From Narcine bancroftii (Eukaryota), in contig NC_091475.1 in NCBI RefSeq assembly GCF_036971445.1, forward strand, positions 79,174,001 to 79,238,000: a stretch of DNA of 64,000 bases. The letters are read 5' to 3'. Position 1 is the stretch's first letter. Each line of letters begins with the position of its first letter. The notes under the pieces were generated by a model that saw nothing but the letters and a program-made list of their open reading frames with translations, made no database searches and was not told where the DNA came from. Shown piece by piece: positions 1-13,051 of this stretch. The translations under genes were made by a program, and so were the position numbers.

Positions 1-2040
1 CCTCCCCTAATGTTATAAAAAAGTTAATATGAAAAGGAATACAATTAATTCCCCCCAAAAAAGGAAAAAAAAACCCCTAAGGTAGTAATTCCCAAAAAAA
101 CTGGGTGTGGAACTCCCCACCAGCGGCAGATGACTATCTATCAAAGATATTAGTGCCATCCACCTCCCCCCCAGCCAGAAATACAATATATATAACAATG
201 TAATTCAACATCATTAATATATTCAGCCTTGGGACTCCAGTCCCAAAGATTGATTCGAATCCTCAACATCACTAGGACTGCGTGTCAAAGCCTCCTTCTT
301 CCCATCTTTCCCAATCTTCCCATTCATTCCATTCTGTCCATTTCCATGTCCATTGGCCCTTCTTTTAGGTGACGACGGTGAAATTCTTCCCTGGCCATGT
401 AAATCCAGTAACTAATTAGCGAAAACCAATGCATCATGTTCATTCTCAAAAAATTGAGACTGATAATTGTCGTAAAAAAACCTTCAACACTGCAGGGTAT
501 CGAAAAGCAAACTTGTATCCTTTCCGCCACAGCACATCCTTGGCCAAATTAAACTCACATCGACATCTGATAATTTCTTGACTCAAATCAGCATAGAAAA
601 CTCTATTATTCTGACTTATCATTGGAGATTGACTTTGTCTTCCCTTCTGTACCACCAAACGTAGAATCATTTCTCTATCCTGATAATTCAAGTACCGAAT
701 TAACATTGCTCATGATGGTTGACCCGGTAATGGTTTCCTCATCAACGCTCTACGTGCCCTTTCCAGTACCAAACCACTCTTTACTCTTTACCCAATATCT
801 CAGGGATCCAGTTCTTAAAATATTGGATCTGCACCTTCAATATCTTCCGGAAGGCCCACAATTTTTACATTATTTCTCCGACTTTGATTTTCCAATGAAT
901 TTTTTTCAATAAATCTCTCTTCTGAATTCTCCAATCCACAAACCGATCTTCCACTTTCTCTATTTTTATCTTTATTAAGTACAACTTACTCTTTACATTC
1001 AGCGAAAGCTATCTCAAGCTTTAAAAAATTTTCTTCTATTACATCTACATTTATTTATCTACATTACATTTATTAAAATCTCTCTTAACATCTCCCTTCA
1101 GAGACATTAAACACTGTAGATTGCATTTGAGTCATTTGATGAGACATAGTATCCATATGGTAAGCAATCCCTTCCTGCACAGTAAAAAGAGTTCAGTCCG
1201 GATTCCAGTGCCACATCTTGAGACCCACCTTCTACAAACTCCTCCTCCAATTGTTCCTGTGAATTGGCCATGAAAGGTAAGTCATCTTCTTGTTCCAACA
1301 TCGTCAGGGCTTTCCCCGTGCGGCTGCGGGTCTGGACACCCGGCGACGGCATCCCGACCACATTGGGGCACCGCCGCTCGGGCCCCCCTGCAGACCTCAC
1401 ACACTCCAATAAATCGCAGACCCTGGAAGCACTGTGCATGCCCGGCAGGGCCAGGGGCTGCGCAGGGGCCATCTCCAGCGCCTTCTTGCGCGTCCCTGAT
1501 GGCAGCGCGGGACCAAGGGCTCTTTGTTCAGTCGGGTCGCCCATGCGCCTGACATCGCGAACGCGTAGGTCAACGTTGGTCGATTTCATCAAGAAGCCGG
1601 CGCCATCTTGCAGGGACAAGACCGGCGCCGGCATAATACTTAGCCTAGCTGGAATTCTTTGTGGCTTGGAAGTTCCCAATGGCAACTCCGTGGTTCCAAC
1701 TGGACAAGTAGGCCCCCGTTCTTCAGCACTTTTAAAAAGTAGTTTTTTCTGGAGTTTTTCTGTGTGCACTGTGTTCAGGAGAAATGCTGCTTCGTCTGGT
1801 TATACATGTACAGCCAGATGATCGTAAACTTGAACTTGCCTGAAACATGTATGTTTGTGCCCCAATATTCAAACATGATTGATAGTTTTTTAATATTAGC
1901 TGCCATTATGGACAACTAATGTACTTAGAAGCAGAAATAAAATGTTTATATACTTAAAGTTTAAAAATGGGTGTTTAAAAAAACTGGCTGGGGAGGATTA
2001 GGACTGCACGTCTGCCCTCTACGTCATCTTGCCACGGCTC
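1..2040 (-). mobile_element. L1-clade LINE, 5' part (5'UTR, degenerate ORF1, inter-ORF region); continues off the left edge
   Basis: Minus-strand fragments resemble the L1 ORF1 C-terminus (RYLNYQDREMIL...FYADLSQEII...GYKFAFRYPAVLKVF at 446-706). Likely ORF1 start MAANIKK at 1906. L1-like 5' end (GGCAAGATGACG) near 2040. Frameshifts and stops are present. Confidence 0.8.
1761..1888 (+). repeat. 128-bp direct duplicate of 3842-3969, inserted in L1 ORF1
   Basis: Base-by-base alignment shows the two copies identical except atcGtaaac vs atcAtaaac; offset 2081 bp. Confidence 0.95.
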
Positions 2041-2429
2041 CATGCGGCATGACTTTCTGAACGAGTCTTCCATGAAGGATCTTGACAACTACCGTACTAA
2101 AATCCATATACCATGTACATATCTACTGCTTAATCTTCCATTTAAAAAAAAAATAACCTTGTAGCACTACTAAAGGAAGAGGTTCTGAAATAAATGCATT
2201 CCACATCAAGCAAGTACACCAGTAACTGCCATTTATTCAAACCACGCGCGTTCCTTTTTAGGGAAGGTGAGAGATGTCATAATGCTGCTGTGAGGCCTCG
2301 CCATTCCCCTGGCAACGCACTCCTGCAGTCTGGAACTTCTGTGTGGTGGGGGGGGGGAAAGCCCCGTGCCCTGCCACACTGGCTGTTCGCTACGGCGATT
2401 CGGCCATCACGTGCAGGGTTGACCCAGCC

Positions 2430-2775
2430 AGCTACAACCTCCTCAAAAAACTGAATTAGGGTCCTGAGGCATGACCTCCCCTTCACAAACCTATGAGAAG
2501 ACTGTTCTTATATAAATGCCCGTAAATCCTGCCCTTAAGAATTCTCTCCAATAATATGCCCACCACTGATGCAAGACTCTCTGGTCCATAATTCCCTGGA
2601 TTCTGCCTATTACTTTTTTAAAACAAGGGGACCATATTTGCCATTCTCCAATCCTCCAGCAACTCCCCTGTATCCAAGGACTCAAAGACTATCGTCAGCG
2701 CCCCAGCAATCTATCTGCTCTCTTCTCATAGCAACCTTGGGTATATCTTGTCCAGTCTTGGGGACTTAACAATCC
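2430..2775 (-). mobile_element. CR1 LINE RT fragment
   Basis: Minus-strand peptide KGRSCLRTLIQFFEEV plus frameshifted remnants of the adjacent CR1 RT region. Confidence 0.7.
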
Positions 2776-3689
2776 AGCACTTAAGTTGAAGTTGCAAGTG
2801 AAAAGAACATGAATGTTATTAAATTCCATGAACTTTCCAAGTGTTGAACACCTGCAATAACCTCTGCTGTCCAGTTGTTCCTGCAGTCTCAGCAGTATCA
2901 TCATGGTGTTTTAAAAAAAATAACACGCTGATAGTTTTAAAATGGTTACAACACAAATCCTTTCACTTCTGCAATCCAAGTAATGGGACAAGTAGTTTCT
3001 CCGTTATTTTGCAACTTTGTTTTAGTTTCTGGAAGAGAAAAGCCACGACTTAAATGTCAGCCCATTTGCTGACATCGTTGCCACCCAATTCTGTGCTTCT
3101 CAATCTTTCCAGTAGCAGTCCACAGTCCTACTGAAACATATTGGAAGGCTAAACATTCACCAGGATGATTATATGCAAGAAGAAAAAAAACTAGAATGAT
3201 TTGACCACATCCAAAAACAAAAGTATATACATTTCATTGAAGTTCAAGACAAGGTCAGGGGAAAACAGAGATTCTACAGAAGCCTCAAGATTAGCCAAAC
3301 ACAGAAAAAGCTCAAAGTCTTAGTACGAGACCAAGACATGTTTCAGGTTGGACACCTATCATCAGAACTAAAAAGGAGATAATCTTTATGCAGGATCTTG
3401 ACCTCTTTTCCTCTACAGATGCTATTTTATCTGCTGAATTGCTTCAGCAGCTTGCTTTTCTTTTGGTCCAGATTCCACCATTTGCAATCCAGTGTCTCCA
3501 GAAGACAAAAGCAGCACACATGCTGCAAGGATGGGGAGGGGAATTTTTCTGAAGAGCAAAACAGGGGCAACCAGGGATTTAGCTTTTAGTAAACATCATC
3601 AGGGTAATGAATGAATGGGAGCAGTCAGAGAAAGACTAGTGGGAGTTGTGAAACACAGAGCAGGAGGACAGCCCATCAGATGGTACAGA

Positions 3690-3925
3690 AACATCAAAAT
3701 CAGGCCTGCCAGTTTGGGAAATAGCTTCTTTCCACAGGCTGTAAGAATGATGAACGGTATCTTGTAACTGAGTCAATTATTCCAAAATATCTATATATTA
3801 AATTATATCTTTATGTATATAGGTGACTATGTGCTACTATGTGTGTGCACTGTGTTCAGGAGAAATGCTGCTTCGTCTGGTTATACATGTACAGCCAGAT
3901 GATCATAAACTTGAACTTGCCTGAA
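3690..3925 (+). mobile_element. 3' end of a Rex1/L2-like LINE
   Basis: RYRNIK...NSFFPQAVR-like C-terminus (aatagcttctttccacaggctgtaaga) followed by an aaacttgaacttg tail. Confidence 0.55.
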
Positions 3926-6900
3926 ACATGTATGTTTGTGCCCCAATATTCAAACATGATTGATAGTTTATCACCATAGAACAATGCTAACAGGTTTTCA
4001 AAAATCATCTTCAAATTCTTCCTGATCCCAATTTTGCTATTTTTAAACCAATACACTTGTCTGAATTAGCAAAGACCATTGGGAAATCTGCATTTCTCTG
4101 GAATCTTTCATAACATTCCAAAATGCTTTAAATCCAATGAGAAGCAGGAGGGACTCGATGGGTCAGACCACATTTTGAGTAAGGGCTCCTGGTCTTGATA
4201 AAAGGTTGCAACCAGAATCATTGTCTGGCCATTTCTATCCATGGATGCTGCATAACCTTCTGAGTTCCACCAGCTTCTCATTATTTGCTCAAGGTTCCAG
4301 CATCTGTAATTTTTGATTCTCTACTTTAACTCCAATGCTGTCAACAACTGCTCTGTATGAAGCAAAAGCTATTTTAAAAAAAATTCAAACTACTGGAAGA
4401 ACTCTGTGGGTTGAACAGCACCTGTGGAGGGAGAGGAATAGTTGACATTTTGGGTTGGGACTCTGCATCAGGCTCCACAAATGCCAGTAGTTTTTTTTTG
4501 CTCTGGATTCCAGCATCTGCAGTCTCGTGGCTCCAGTCAGACTTTTTCTCAGAAGTGAAAAAAAGTCCAAATTTATCTAACTGTCAAGAGACTAAGGTTC
4601 ATTATCATAAGTACTTAGACCCAAAAACTATTTTTGTATGTTCTACATAGGTCAACAGGTAGTGCAAGAATAAGAAGTGTCCTAATAACACCAGGAAAGA
4701 GCCGTCCATGACTCACAAAGAATGTACTTCAGACTCGTAGCTTTTACCTAAAGGAAGGGGGAGATGAGCAGGTTACTGGGTGGGATGATCTTCTTGCAGG
4801 CGCATCCACCTCCCAATAATTTTTTCACCCTTTCCCTCTCCTTTACCTCAAGGCAGACTGCTTTCATGTTTTCTACAAGGTGCTAATTTCTTGGCTAGTG
4901 AATCTAATAACGGAACTACCTTTGAGCAGTGCACTGGAGTGCCAGCGTAGTATTACATTACACAAAAATATTGATTCATCAGATTGTCAACCAGATGACA
5001 TTGTGTTTGTGACAAAAATAATTCTTCCGATGAGACAATTGACTGTTTTATCTTACTCTATCTCATTGACATTTTCCTTGACCTTTTTGTTGAGTATAGA
5101 AATACACCAGCAAAATCTATGCAAATCCTGTGCCATGGTCACGACGTCCATTTCCATGGATTAGCTTCAGCTTGAGGTGCTTTAGGTTGCATCTCCTGAC
5201 ATCATCTCACTGTTTTTCAATATCGATGGCCATTGATGGCCACCAGACATGCATAAGCCCCAAAGCTTTAATTTAAATTATCCCTGGGTGATTATTGTAG
5301 AGTTCCGACAACATGACAGCCTGCCATTTTGTAGGAATGATCATCTTGGTCCCCCATAATAAACAATCTTCTTCAATTGATATTCATTACATCCTATAGA
5401 ATAAGATTTTGGTTTCAGCCTCGGGCCACCCATTTAATGTGAAATATAGGACCTTTGACAGGTTAGTTTTTTTCCGTATTCAAGAGCATGGCCTTTTTGT
5501 GTTGCTGGTTTGTATTTCAAATCGTAATCATATGCGGTGAGCAGCATGGCCCACCTTTGAATTTTTATTGCAGCTATCACTGGAATCCCCTTTTTAGGGC
5601 CTAAAATCAGCTACCAAGGTAAACTGCCTACCACACAGGTATTGTTGAAATTGTTTGACATCAAATATTATGGCAAGCCCTTCTTTTTCCAGATGTGCAT
5701 AATCATAACCAAGAAGTACAAGCCACCGGTTGTTCCCCTTTTCCATTACTTGTGACAACACCACACCCAAGCCCAATGGTGAAGCATCCACCACATGGTC
5801 ACCTTCTTCTCTGGGTCATAGTGGACAAGAACATTATCGCTTGATGTTAGCAGTTCTTTCAACAAACAATTGACCACGTTACTTGTCTCTTCATTCCCGC
5901 ACCATTTCTGTCCTTTTCTTAACAATTGGTTCAGCGGGCTGCACAGCGTTGACATATTTGGGATGAGCTTCAAATAATGGTCAACTAAACCTAGAAATGA
6001 CTGCAATTCAGCTCGATTTGTTGGGTAGGATGTTCTGTAGATGGCCTTGGTACCAGCGGTATCCATTCAGACTCCATTATTAATTCTAAATTCTAAATTT
6101 ATAGAAGGTAGCATAAATACAACCTTGTCCTGGTGCAGACGGATGTTTGCTTGTTGCAATTGGGTTAAGACCTTTTCCAGGTTTGATAGATGCTACGAGT
6201 CATCTCGATCTATAATTATATCATCGAGGTCTGCAATGCAGCAATTGTCCATGACCAACTGAAATATTGCTGGGGATGCTGATATTCCATATGGCATTTG
6301 GGTACAGGTGAATAACTCCGAGTATTAATCGCCACATATTTCTTTGAGGCCTCATCCAATTCGATTTCCAGTTCCATGATTTTTATTCCCCCCCCCCCAC
6401 CATTCAGGCCTGAAATAATTCTTCCTCTTTGGGCATAGGGTGTTCAGGAATTGAACAGAAACTTTGTAATCACCACAAATTCGGTTCTCCATTGGCCTTT
6501 CAGACTGGCCTGATGGGAGCTGCCCAATCACGGTATTGGATTCTTCCCAGGATTCCTGATTTCCAACCTGTTAAGTTCTGATTCAATCTTTCCTTTTATT
6601 GCAAACGGTACCATCCTGGGCTGATAGAACTTGGTTTCAACACTGGATTTCAAATGCCACTTTGCCTGAACTCCTTGGATTTTCCCCAGGCCTTTTCCAA
6701 AAATCATCTGATACCTCTTAAGCACTTGATCCACTTTTGGCTTGGCCTCACACTCCTTACATACTTTCATTACAGATCCAATTTCCATCCAATCTAGTCG
6801 GATGTGCGGCAAACAGTTTCTTCAAAATAATGCCGGCCCTTGGTGTCAATGACGTAGAGGGATAATCTGTTCGGTGTCTGTCTTTATATTCAGTGTTTAC

Positions 6901-7834
6901 TTTGCATTTCCCAAAAACCTTGACTTTTTCCCCTGTGACCGTTTTCAATGTTTCCATGTTGGACTTTTTCAGGGTGAGGTAACAGTTGTGCTTTTAACTT
7001 TACTGGCATTAATGATAATGCTGCTCCGTGTCCAACTCCATTTGGAGAGGTTTGTTGATGGACCACATGGATGTAGATTTCTGATTTCTTATTAATTAAT
7101 CTGTGAGTATATATTACTTCTAGTGCCTTGTCTTCCTCCAAGTTGTTAGGTTCACTGCTAGGGCTTTCAACCTTCTCTTCCATGGTTTTTACTTTGGAGG
7201 GCTGTTTTTCATATCTTGATCTTTGTTTCTCCTTTTTCCCCTTTGTTGACACTTTATTTATTTCTTGGACATTTGGCTCTAATGTGTCCTTCCTCGTCAC
7301 ATAGGTGACATCTAGCTTTTCTGAAATAACAATTATCTGGACTATGGTCACATTTTCGGCAGTGGAAGTATTCTTGTCAGCTAGCTGTGGTTCGCCTTGT
7401 ATAATTTCCAAGTTTTTAAAATCAGCCCTCTCGTGTCATACACAAACTTAATGGTTACATCTTTTGTACATACTGTTGGACACTACGCTCAGCTAAACCC
7501 ATGACTAATCTGACTCTTAATGCTTCGTTTAAGAATGCACCAAACTCACAGGTTTCTGACAGTCTATGTAATTCAGCCAAATATTCATTTATGGATTTGC
7601 CCATTTTCTAAAATAAAATTTGTGTCTTTCTGCTTAGGACATAGATGTTCTCCTATTACAGCACTCAACTGTGCATAAGTTTTTTTTAAACTTGGTCTTT
7701 CAGGTGCTAACAGAGATTTCATCAGTTTAAACGTCTTACTTCCCTCTTGGCTTAGAAATAGTGCCCTTTTTTTGCTCGAAACTGGTGAGTCATTAATATT
7801 ATGGGCAAGACCGTGTTGATCAAATCTTTTGACA

Positions 7835-8691
7835 ACATGTTACTTAATAATCTTTAAACATGAAAACTGAATCACACTTTAACTTAACTAACATAACTTA
7901 ACCCCCTTCTAATTCTAAGCACACGTTTGTAATGTGTAAGTTCAGAAAAGTTCTTTGGTTCACAGTCCAATCTCACTTCTCATTCCTCCGAGTTCACTGG
8001 TTGTAGGCAATTCTTACACTGTGCACAGAATTTAACATTTATAAAGTTCACCAGACTTTGGTGCTTGAAAGGTAAATGGATATTGCTCGGGAAGGTTCTT
8101 GTCAGTTTTCAGAGAGAGATTTGTTGTACATTTACTTCCATCAGGCACTTCAGGGTCTTACCAAAGAAACTTGCCCCATTAGGGTTCTCCAGATGATAAC
8201 CCCTTTCTTTCAGGTCACCAAAGAGTTCCTTCTTGTTTCTCTTCTTCCAAGTGAAACGTTAGACAGCCAGTCCTCTCCTCTTGCATGAACCAGGCCGTCT
8301 CCAAATGGCTTTCCGCAAGCTTGCGAGCTTGTCACGTTACAGTCCCAGCTACTTCTGCTGGCTGTAACACTGTCGAAGTGATCTCTGTGTGCGTGTCTCT
8401 CTCTGAGTGAAAGCCTGTTTGACACTCTCTGCTTGCAAAACCACATGATCCTCTTAGAACAGCTCTAGATAGAAGAGGCTCTGACAAGCTTTTTCATCTG
8501 TTGCCTTTTGTAAACAACAATCCATTAGTGAAGTGTCTTGAGCACTCACCAAAGCTCTTGCAAAAGCTGTGGAGCTGATATGTCCAGCTCCAGTATTTCA
8601 AATGAGATGTTTTAAAGTGTTATTATGTAATCTACTTTAATAAACCTTTCCAAATTTATCTCCCAAGAACATATCTACATACTCTTTCACA
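7835..8691 (-). mobile_element. ~0.85-kb LTR-like element (probable solo LTR) inserted in the Gypsy gag
   Basis: Interrupts gag between ...EEDWYNY and VKRFDQ.... Minus strand begins TGTGAAAG. The left boundary and TSD are not cleanly resolved. Confidence 0.55.
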
Positions 8692-8852
8692 ATAGTTATA
8701 CCAGTCTTCTTCTGAGTTCTTGAATTTTTTAAGCTGACCCTCCGACATTTTGAGTCGTTTTTCCAGCTTCTTTTCCTTTGTGCGCCATGGGGTCACTGGC
8801 GATTCCTCTTTAAATCTTCTCTCCAATGTTTGAATTATAGAAGATCTTTTCG

Positions 8853-8865
8853 ATCCTCGTCGCCA
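8853..8865 (-). promoter_or_regulatory. Gypsy primer-binding site complementary to the tRNA-Ser(GCU) 3' end
   Basis: Plus strand reads ATCCTCGTCGCCA, the 3' terminus with CCA of vertebrate tRNA-Ser(GCT), and sits 3 bp from the LTR. Confidence 0.8.
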
Positions 8866-8868
8866 ATC

Positions 8869-8996
8869 TGTCGTGTATTCTAAGTATAGAAGTACACTAA
8901 CACATGGAGACGTGATGCTTCATTCATTATTACTAAACTAAGGTGGTTCCCTGCATGTACATGATGATATCATACGCACGCAGGCGTATATTCACA
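8869..8996 (-). repeat. Short (~128 bp) 5' LTR of the Gypsy element
   Basis: TG...CA termini (TGTCGTG...TTCACA on +), next to the PBS. Confidence 0.65.
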
Positions 8997-11900
8997 ACTC
9001 TTTTCTGTATCTTTGATGGATCAGCACTGATGAGCAGACGGTCTGCATTTAAATACTGTGAAAACAAATCACTTGGTTCCTCTTTCCCTTATCATACATT
9101 TCATCACCAATTCCACACCCATCCTCAATAACTACTGGAAATTGAACCAAACTCTCCAAAGACTTCATAGCTACAATATTAACAAGACAACTATTTTTAT
9201 CTCTCTGAAACTGCCTGACTCCACTCCTGTCTTGCATCAACCTGTTAATGAAACCTTCATTAGTCCTTTTTACACTACACTTAATTTCCATACACACTTT
9301 CAGTTATCTTTCTTCTCCTCTTTCTCATTCTGTAAACTGGATCATTTGATATTATTTTCTCACGAAGACAAAGCCCCGTCAACAACATTCGCTGACTTTC
9401 AATGGCTGATTTGACCAACTGCAATAGTGAATCATCGTACTAAGCAGTGAGCCAAAAGGATAAGACCACAGAAGAAAAGGACTCCAGTTTGCCTTAAGTT
9501 ACAGAACATTCAGACCTGACCAAAATTTAACAGTGATGTATCTTCATTAGTATGTTTAACAATCATATTTGCTGGATCGATAACATAATTCAACAAAATG
9601 AAATCTGCATAACTGCAATTTCCACATGACCAAACTGTAAGAGAATTTTAGCTCAGCATTAATGTTTAAAATCAGTTTTCGTAGAGGTGGATCAATGTGT
9701 GGTACACTACTTTCCAACATTTCAATTAAGATTCAAAAGTTCCAAACAGAAGGTTCAGTCTCCTGGGACCTTATTACCTTTAGTTTCAAATTATGAATGT
9801 CATAATTTTAACTACCTCAGTTTTCCATTTCAAAATCAATACATTAAAGTTACATCTAGAAAACTTGACACAAAAGGGCAACAATCAAATGTTTTGAATT
9901 AATTTAATAAGTGATCTGATTTCTACCTCCTCACTCATTGAAGTTTTTAAAATTACAGGAATAAAAGTAGAATGTTAACTAATTGATGAAATATTCTTAA
10001 TTCACTGGTTAACTAAATTAGACTGAAACCAGAAAAAACAAGCAAGGGGTAAGCCAATAGATTAAAGTAAGCATTATCGAGGTCACTTTCAGATTTAACT
10101 TTTTTGCTCCTGCTGACAATGCATTTACATTGTCCAATTAGCAATATGTAACCTCATTTCTTTCCCTTTTGTTTGTCATCTTGCAGTCACAGTGGGTGGT
10201 TTTGCCTGAGGCACAATTTTACAGGGGACAATTGCATTCAACATCGAATATCTTAAGATAACTTTTGCTTTGGATTGTTATATTGGGAAGGAGGGGATTA
10301 AAAAAAACCAAATATAATAACTTGGTGAGAGAAAAATCTATCTTTTTACACAAGCATATTGAGTGACACGCATTTGTACTTCTGAAATGATTACAGGTTC
10401 CGGGACCTGTGCTGGATAATCTCATTTCCTACACAATATGATGGATGTTTTGTAAAATTTGCTATTTGCATTTTTAATGAACTACTTGTCTCCTGAATAC
10501 AAGTTAAGGTAAGTGAAATATTAATTTTCATTTCTCAATCACAAGCGACTGAAAGGTAACATCTAAACAGCAGAGTTAACATACCTGACTTGCATAAAAA
10601 TGTCCAGTGGAAAGTCCAATTTAAAGTTGACAAAGTTATTTAATAACAATGTTCATTAATTGGTTGGATACTTACACAATCAAACATGTTTAAGATTTTC
10701 AATGTCATTTTTGTGGTTTTAATTAAACCCCAATTCCTTTTAAACATGAGTAGGATCATAATATTTCTTCAGGTGTATTCATTCAGTACAAAGTTAACTA
10801 TTTGATTTTATGACGGAGCAAGTCTACTTAAATTTGATAAAAAATCTTGAAAGAACCATCTTAGAAATGATCCCTATATTGAAGAACTGTGGTAGATGCT
10901 GTGTGCAAGTCAACAATTCAGTAAATTGATGTTTACCCCTGTAGTTTGTGCACGTTAGTGACATTGTTCTTGAAAGGAAATTCTACTCAAAATTCATTGC
11001 TTGTAAGCTTCTGAATAACATGACAATTTATAACAAAAACAAATTATACAGCTCCAATCAAAATTTAATTGTATAGTGGATATCAAGTTCTCAAAAATAA
11101 TCGAATGAAGTGATAGCAAACACTACTATAACAGTTAAAGGGGCGAGAGATATGAAAATGATTACTTTTGTAATTGAAAAGGATTCCAGAGTGTAGGGCA
11201 AAATGACCCAAAATATGGTAGAGGGAACTAGTCCAATTGCTGGAAAAGGCTGCACATACATTGATATGAAACTGCACGCTGTAGCAGAGGGGCTGATTTA
11301 GACTTTGTAAAGCATTATAGTTACATAGTATGGAAATTTGTTATCGGCCTAACTCGACCACGCCTATCAAGGTGCCTATCTGAGCAAGAGCAATTTGCCC
11401 ATATTCTGCTAATCGTTTCCTATTTATTGTAATTACTGCTGATTATGAATTAGTTAATTAACCTTTTTAAACTCAAAAAATTGTCAATAAAGTTTGATTT
11501 TGAAAATCCTCTATTCCTGGCTAGGATCTCTATTCCTGGCTGTGGTCTCCTGCTGGGGTCTGCAGGAGCTCAGTGCTCAGCACTTGTATTGGAGAATTTG
11601 CTCTTGGATCCTTGCCTGGGTTATTCACTGTGTGGGATCTGCAAGACCATTCTTTTGAGTGGCTATAAAATAAATTTTGTTAAATTATGTTTTGGCTTTA
11701 ATGTTTTTCATTTACAGTGTCATTTTAAAAATTCTAAACTACTTGAGAATATCACAAACATTTAAATATGTGATAGTTTTAATAAATAGCAAGACCTGGG
11801 GTTGTGGCTTTTTTTCCAAGGGTGACTCTGACCCAACATATCATTCACTTACATTGCTCAAGGCCCAGTTATAAATGCAATTTTCTCTTTCGATCATAAA

Positions 11901-12139
11901 CTTCAAACATGAAGACTAAAGGTTGGAGGCAAAAATAGCAAGGATGTGTTCCCACCAAACTCCTTTTAAGAAAAATATAAGATATTCCAGAGGACTGTTA
12001 AGTTGTTGGTTAGTAACCAGCAACAAGTCACCAGATGTTAATGAGGAATGTTTCAAAGGAAAGACAACACATTTATTTCCCAGCCATAAAATTCCCATGG
12101 AGGGGAAGAATTATTTTTTTTTAAATAGAAATTATATAT

Positions 12140-12424
12140 TGTGGCGGCATACCACTAGGCAGGTGAACCGGCCCCACTTGTAATCCACGCGGTAGGGGAG
12201 CAGGCCAAAATGGCGCCATTGGGGGTTTCCCCTTCTCAGCACAGGGCTCAGAAGCCCGCACTGGGGGACCATGTGACACCTGGGTGATGTCAGCGCCCCC
12301 CAGCACGGTTCTCAGCCAGGTCCAGGCTGGGAGTATAAATCCAGCCCAGCAGCCTGCAATAAATCAGTTCTGCTCAACCCATCTGGTTGTGTGTTCTTTC
12401 AGTTGCAGTGTAACTGCCGCTACA
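12140..12424 (+). mobile_element. Solo LTR (~285 bp)
   Basis: Terminal inverted repeats TGTGGCGGCA...TGCCGCTACA, with an internal TATAAA followed by AATAAA (12358-12363). Flanks ATAT/ATAG form an imperfect 4-bp TSD. Confidence 0.75.
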
Positions 12425-13051
12425 ATAGCAAGATATTTCAGAAAACATCAAGCCAGGTTTTTGGGCTTCAGGCCAGACCACACTTGGTGGCAAATTCTTG
12501 ACTGAGTAGCTTTAATTAATCTGTTGTACAGTAAAATAATGCAGAATCATGGAATAATTTTCAATTCCTAATATATCAATTGTACAACAGGCTCTGGCCG
12601 GCTTTGTACTTCAAACTCCACTCCTGTCTCAGACTCTGGACATGTATTAATAGGAATCACAGGTGAGAGGGTGGGCAAAAAAAAATGAAGCAAAACCAAA
12701 AATGCTTAAATGTATTTACAATTCCTTCAATACCTCGGACATGCTGCTCATGGACAATATATCATCCATAGCATGAAGCCAGGGTTATTCATCATTTTGT
12801 GAAGAACTCATACATAGACCAAAATGGTATTATCATCCTGCTACAATCTTCCCACATTGGACAGAACAAAATGCCTCCCCGTAACACTGCTGCAGAATTT
12901 CACAAGCACGTTGGAGCTGGCCAATTAAGAATACTGCCATTCAGCCCATTGCTAATAAATAAAACATCTGTATTAGATTTGCAACTTATGGTGCAAAAGT
13001 GTTAATTCTTTACATTGCTCTGTTTATGTCAATAATCTCTCAATACCTTAC

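Larger units (their letters stand above)
5090..8996 (-). mobile_element. Ty3/Gypsy LTR retrotransposon, degenerate and 3'-truncated (5' LTR, PBS, gag, protease, RT, RNase H, start of integrase)
   Basis: Minus-strand peptides: RT/connection (ELQSFLGLVDHY...VLVHYDP), RNase H (DASPLGLG...LEKEGLAIIFDVKQFQQYLCGRQFTL) and integrase start (PWHRICIDFAG) near 5110-5150. PBS and a short TG..CA LTR lie at the right end. Confidence 0.85.

Noticed and set aside
1107-1821. 220-aa and 185-aa ORFs as host genes
   Set aside because: They are the GC-rich N-terminal part of the L1 ORF1 and its antisense shadow; the apparent start is created by the templated insertion.
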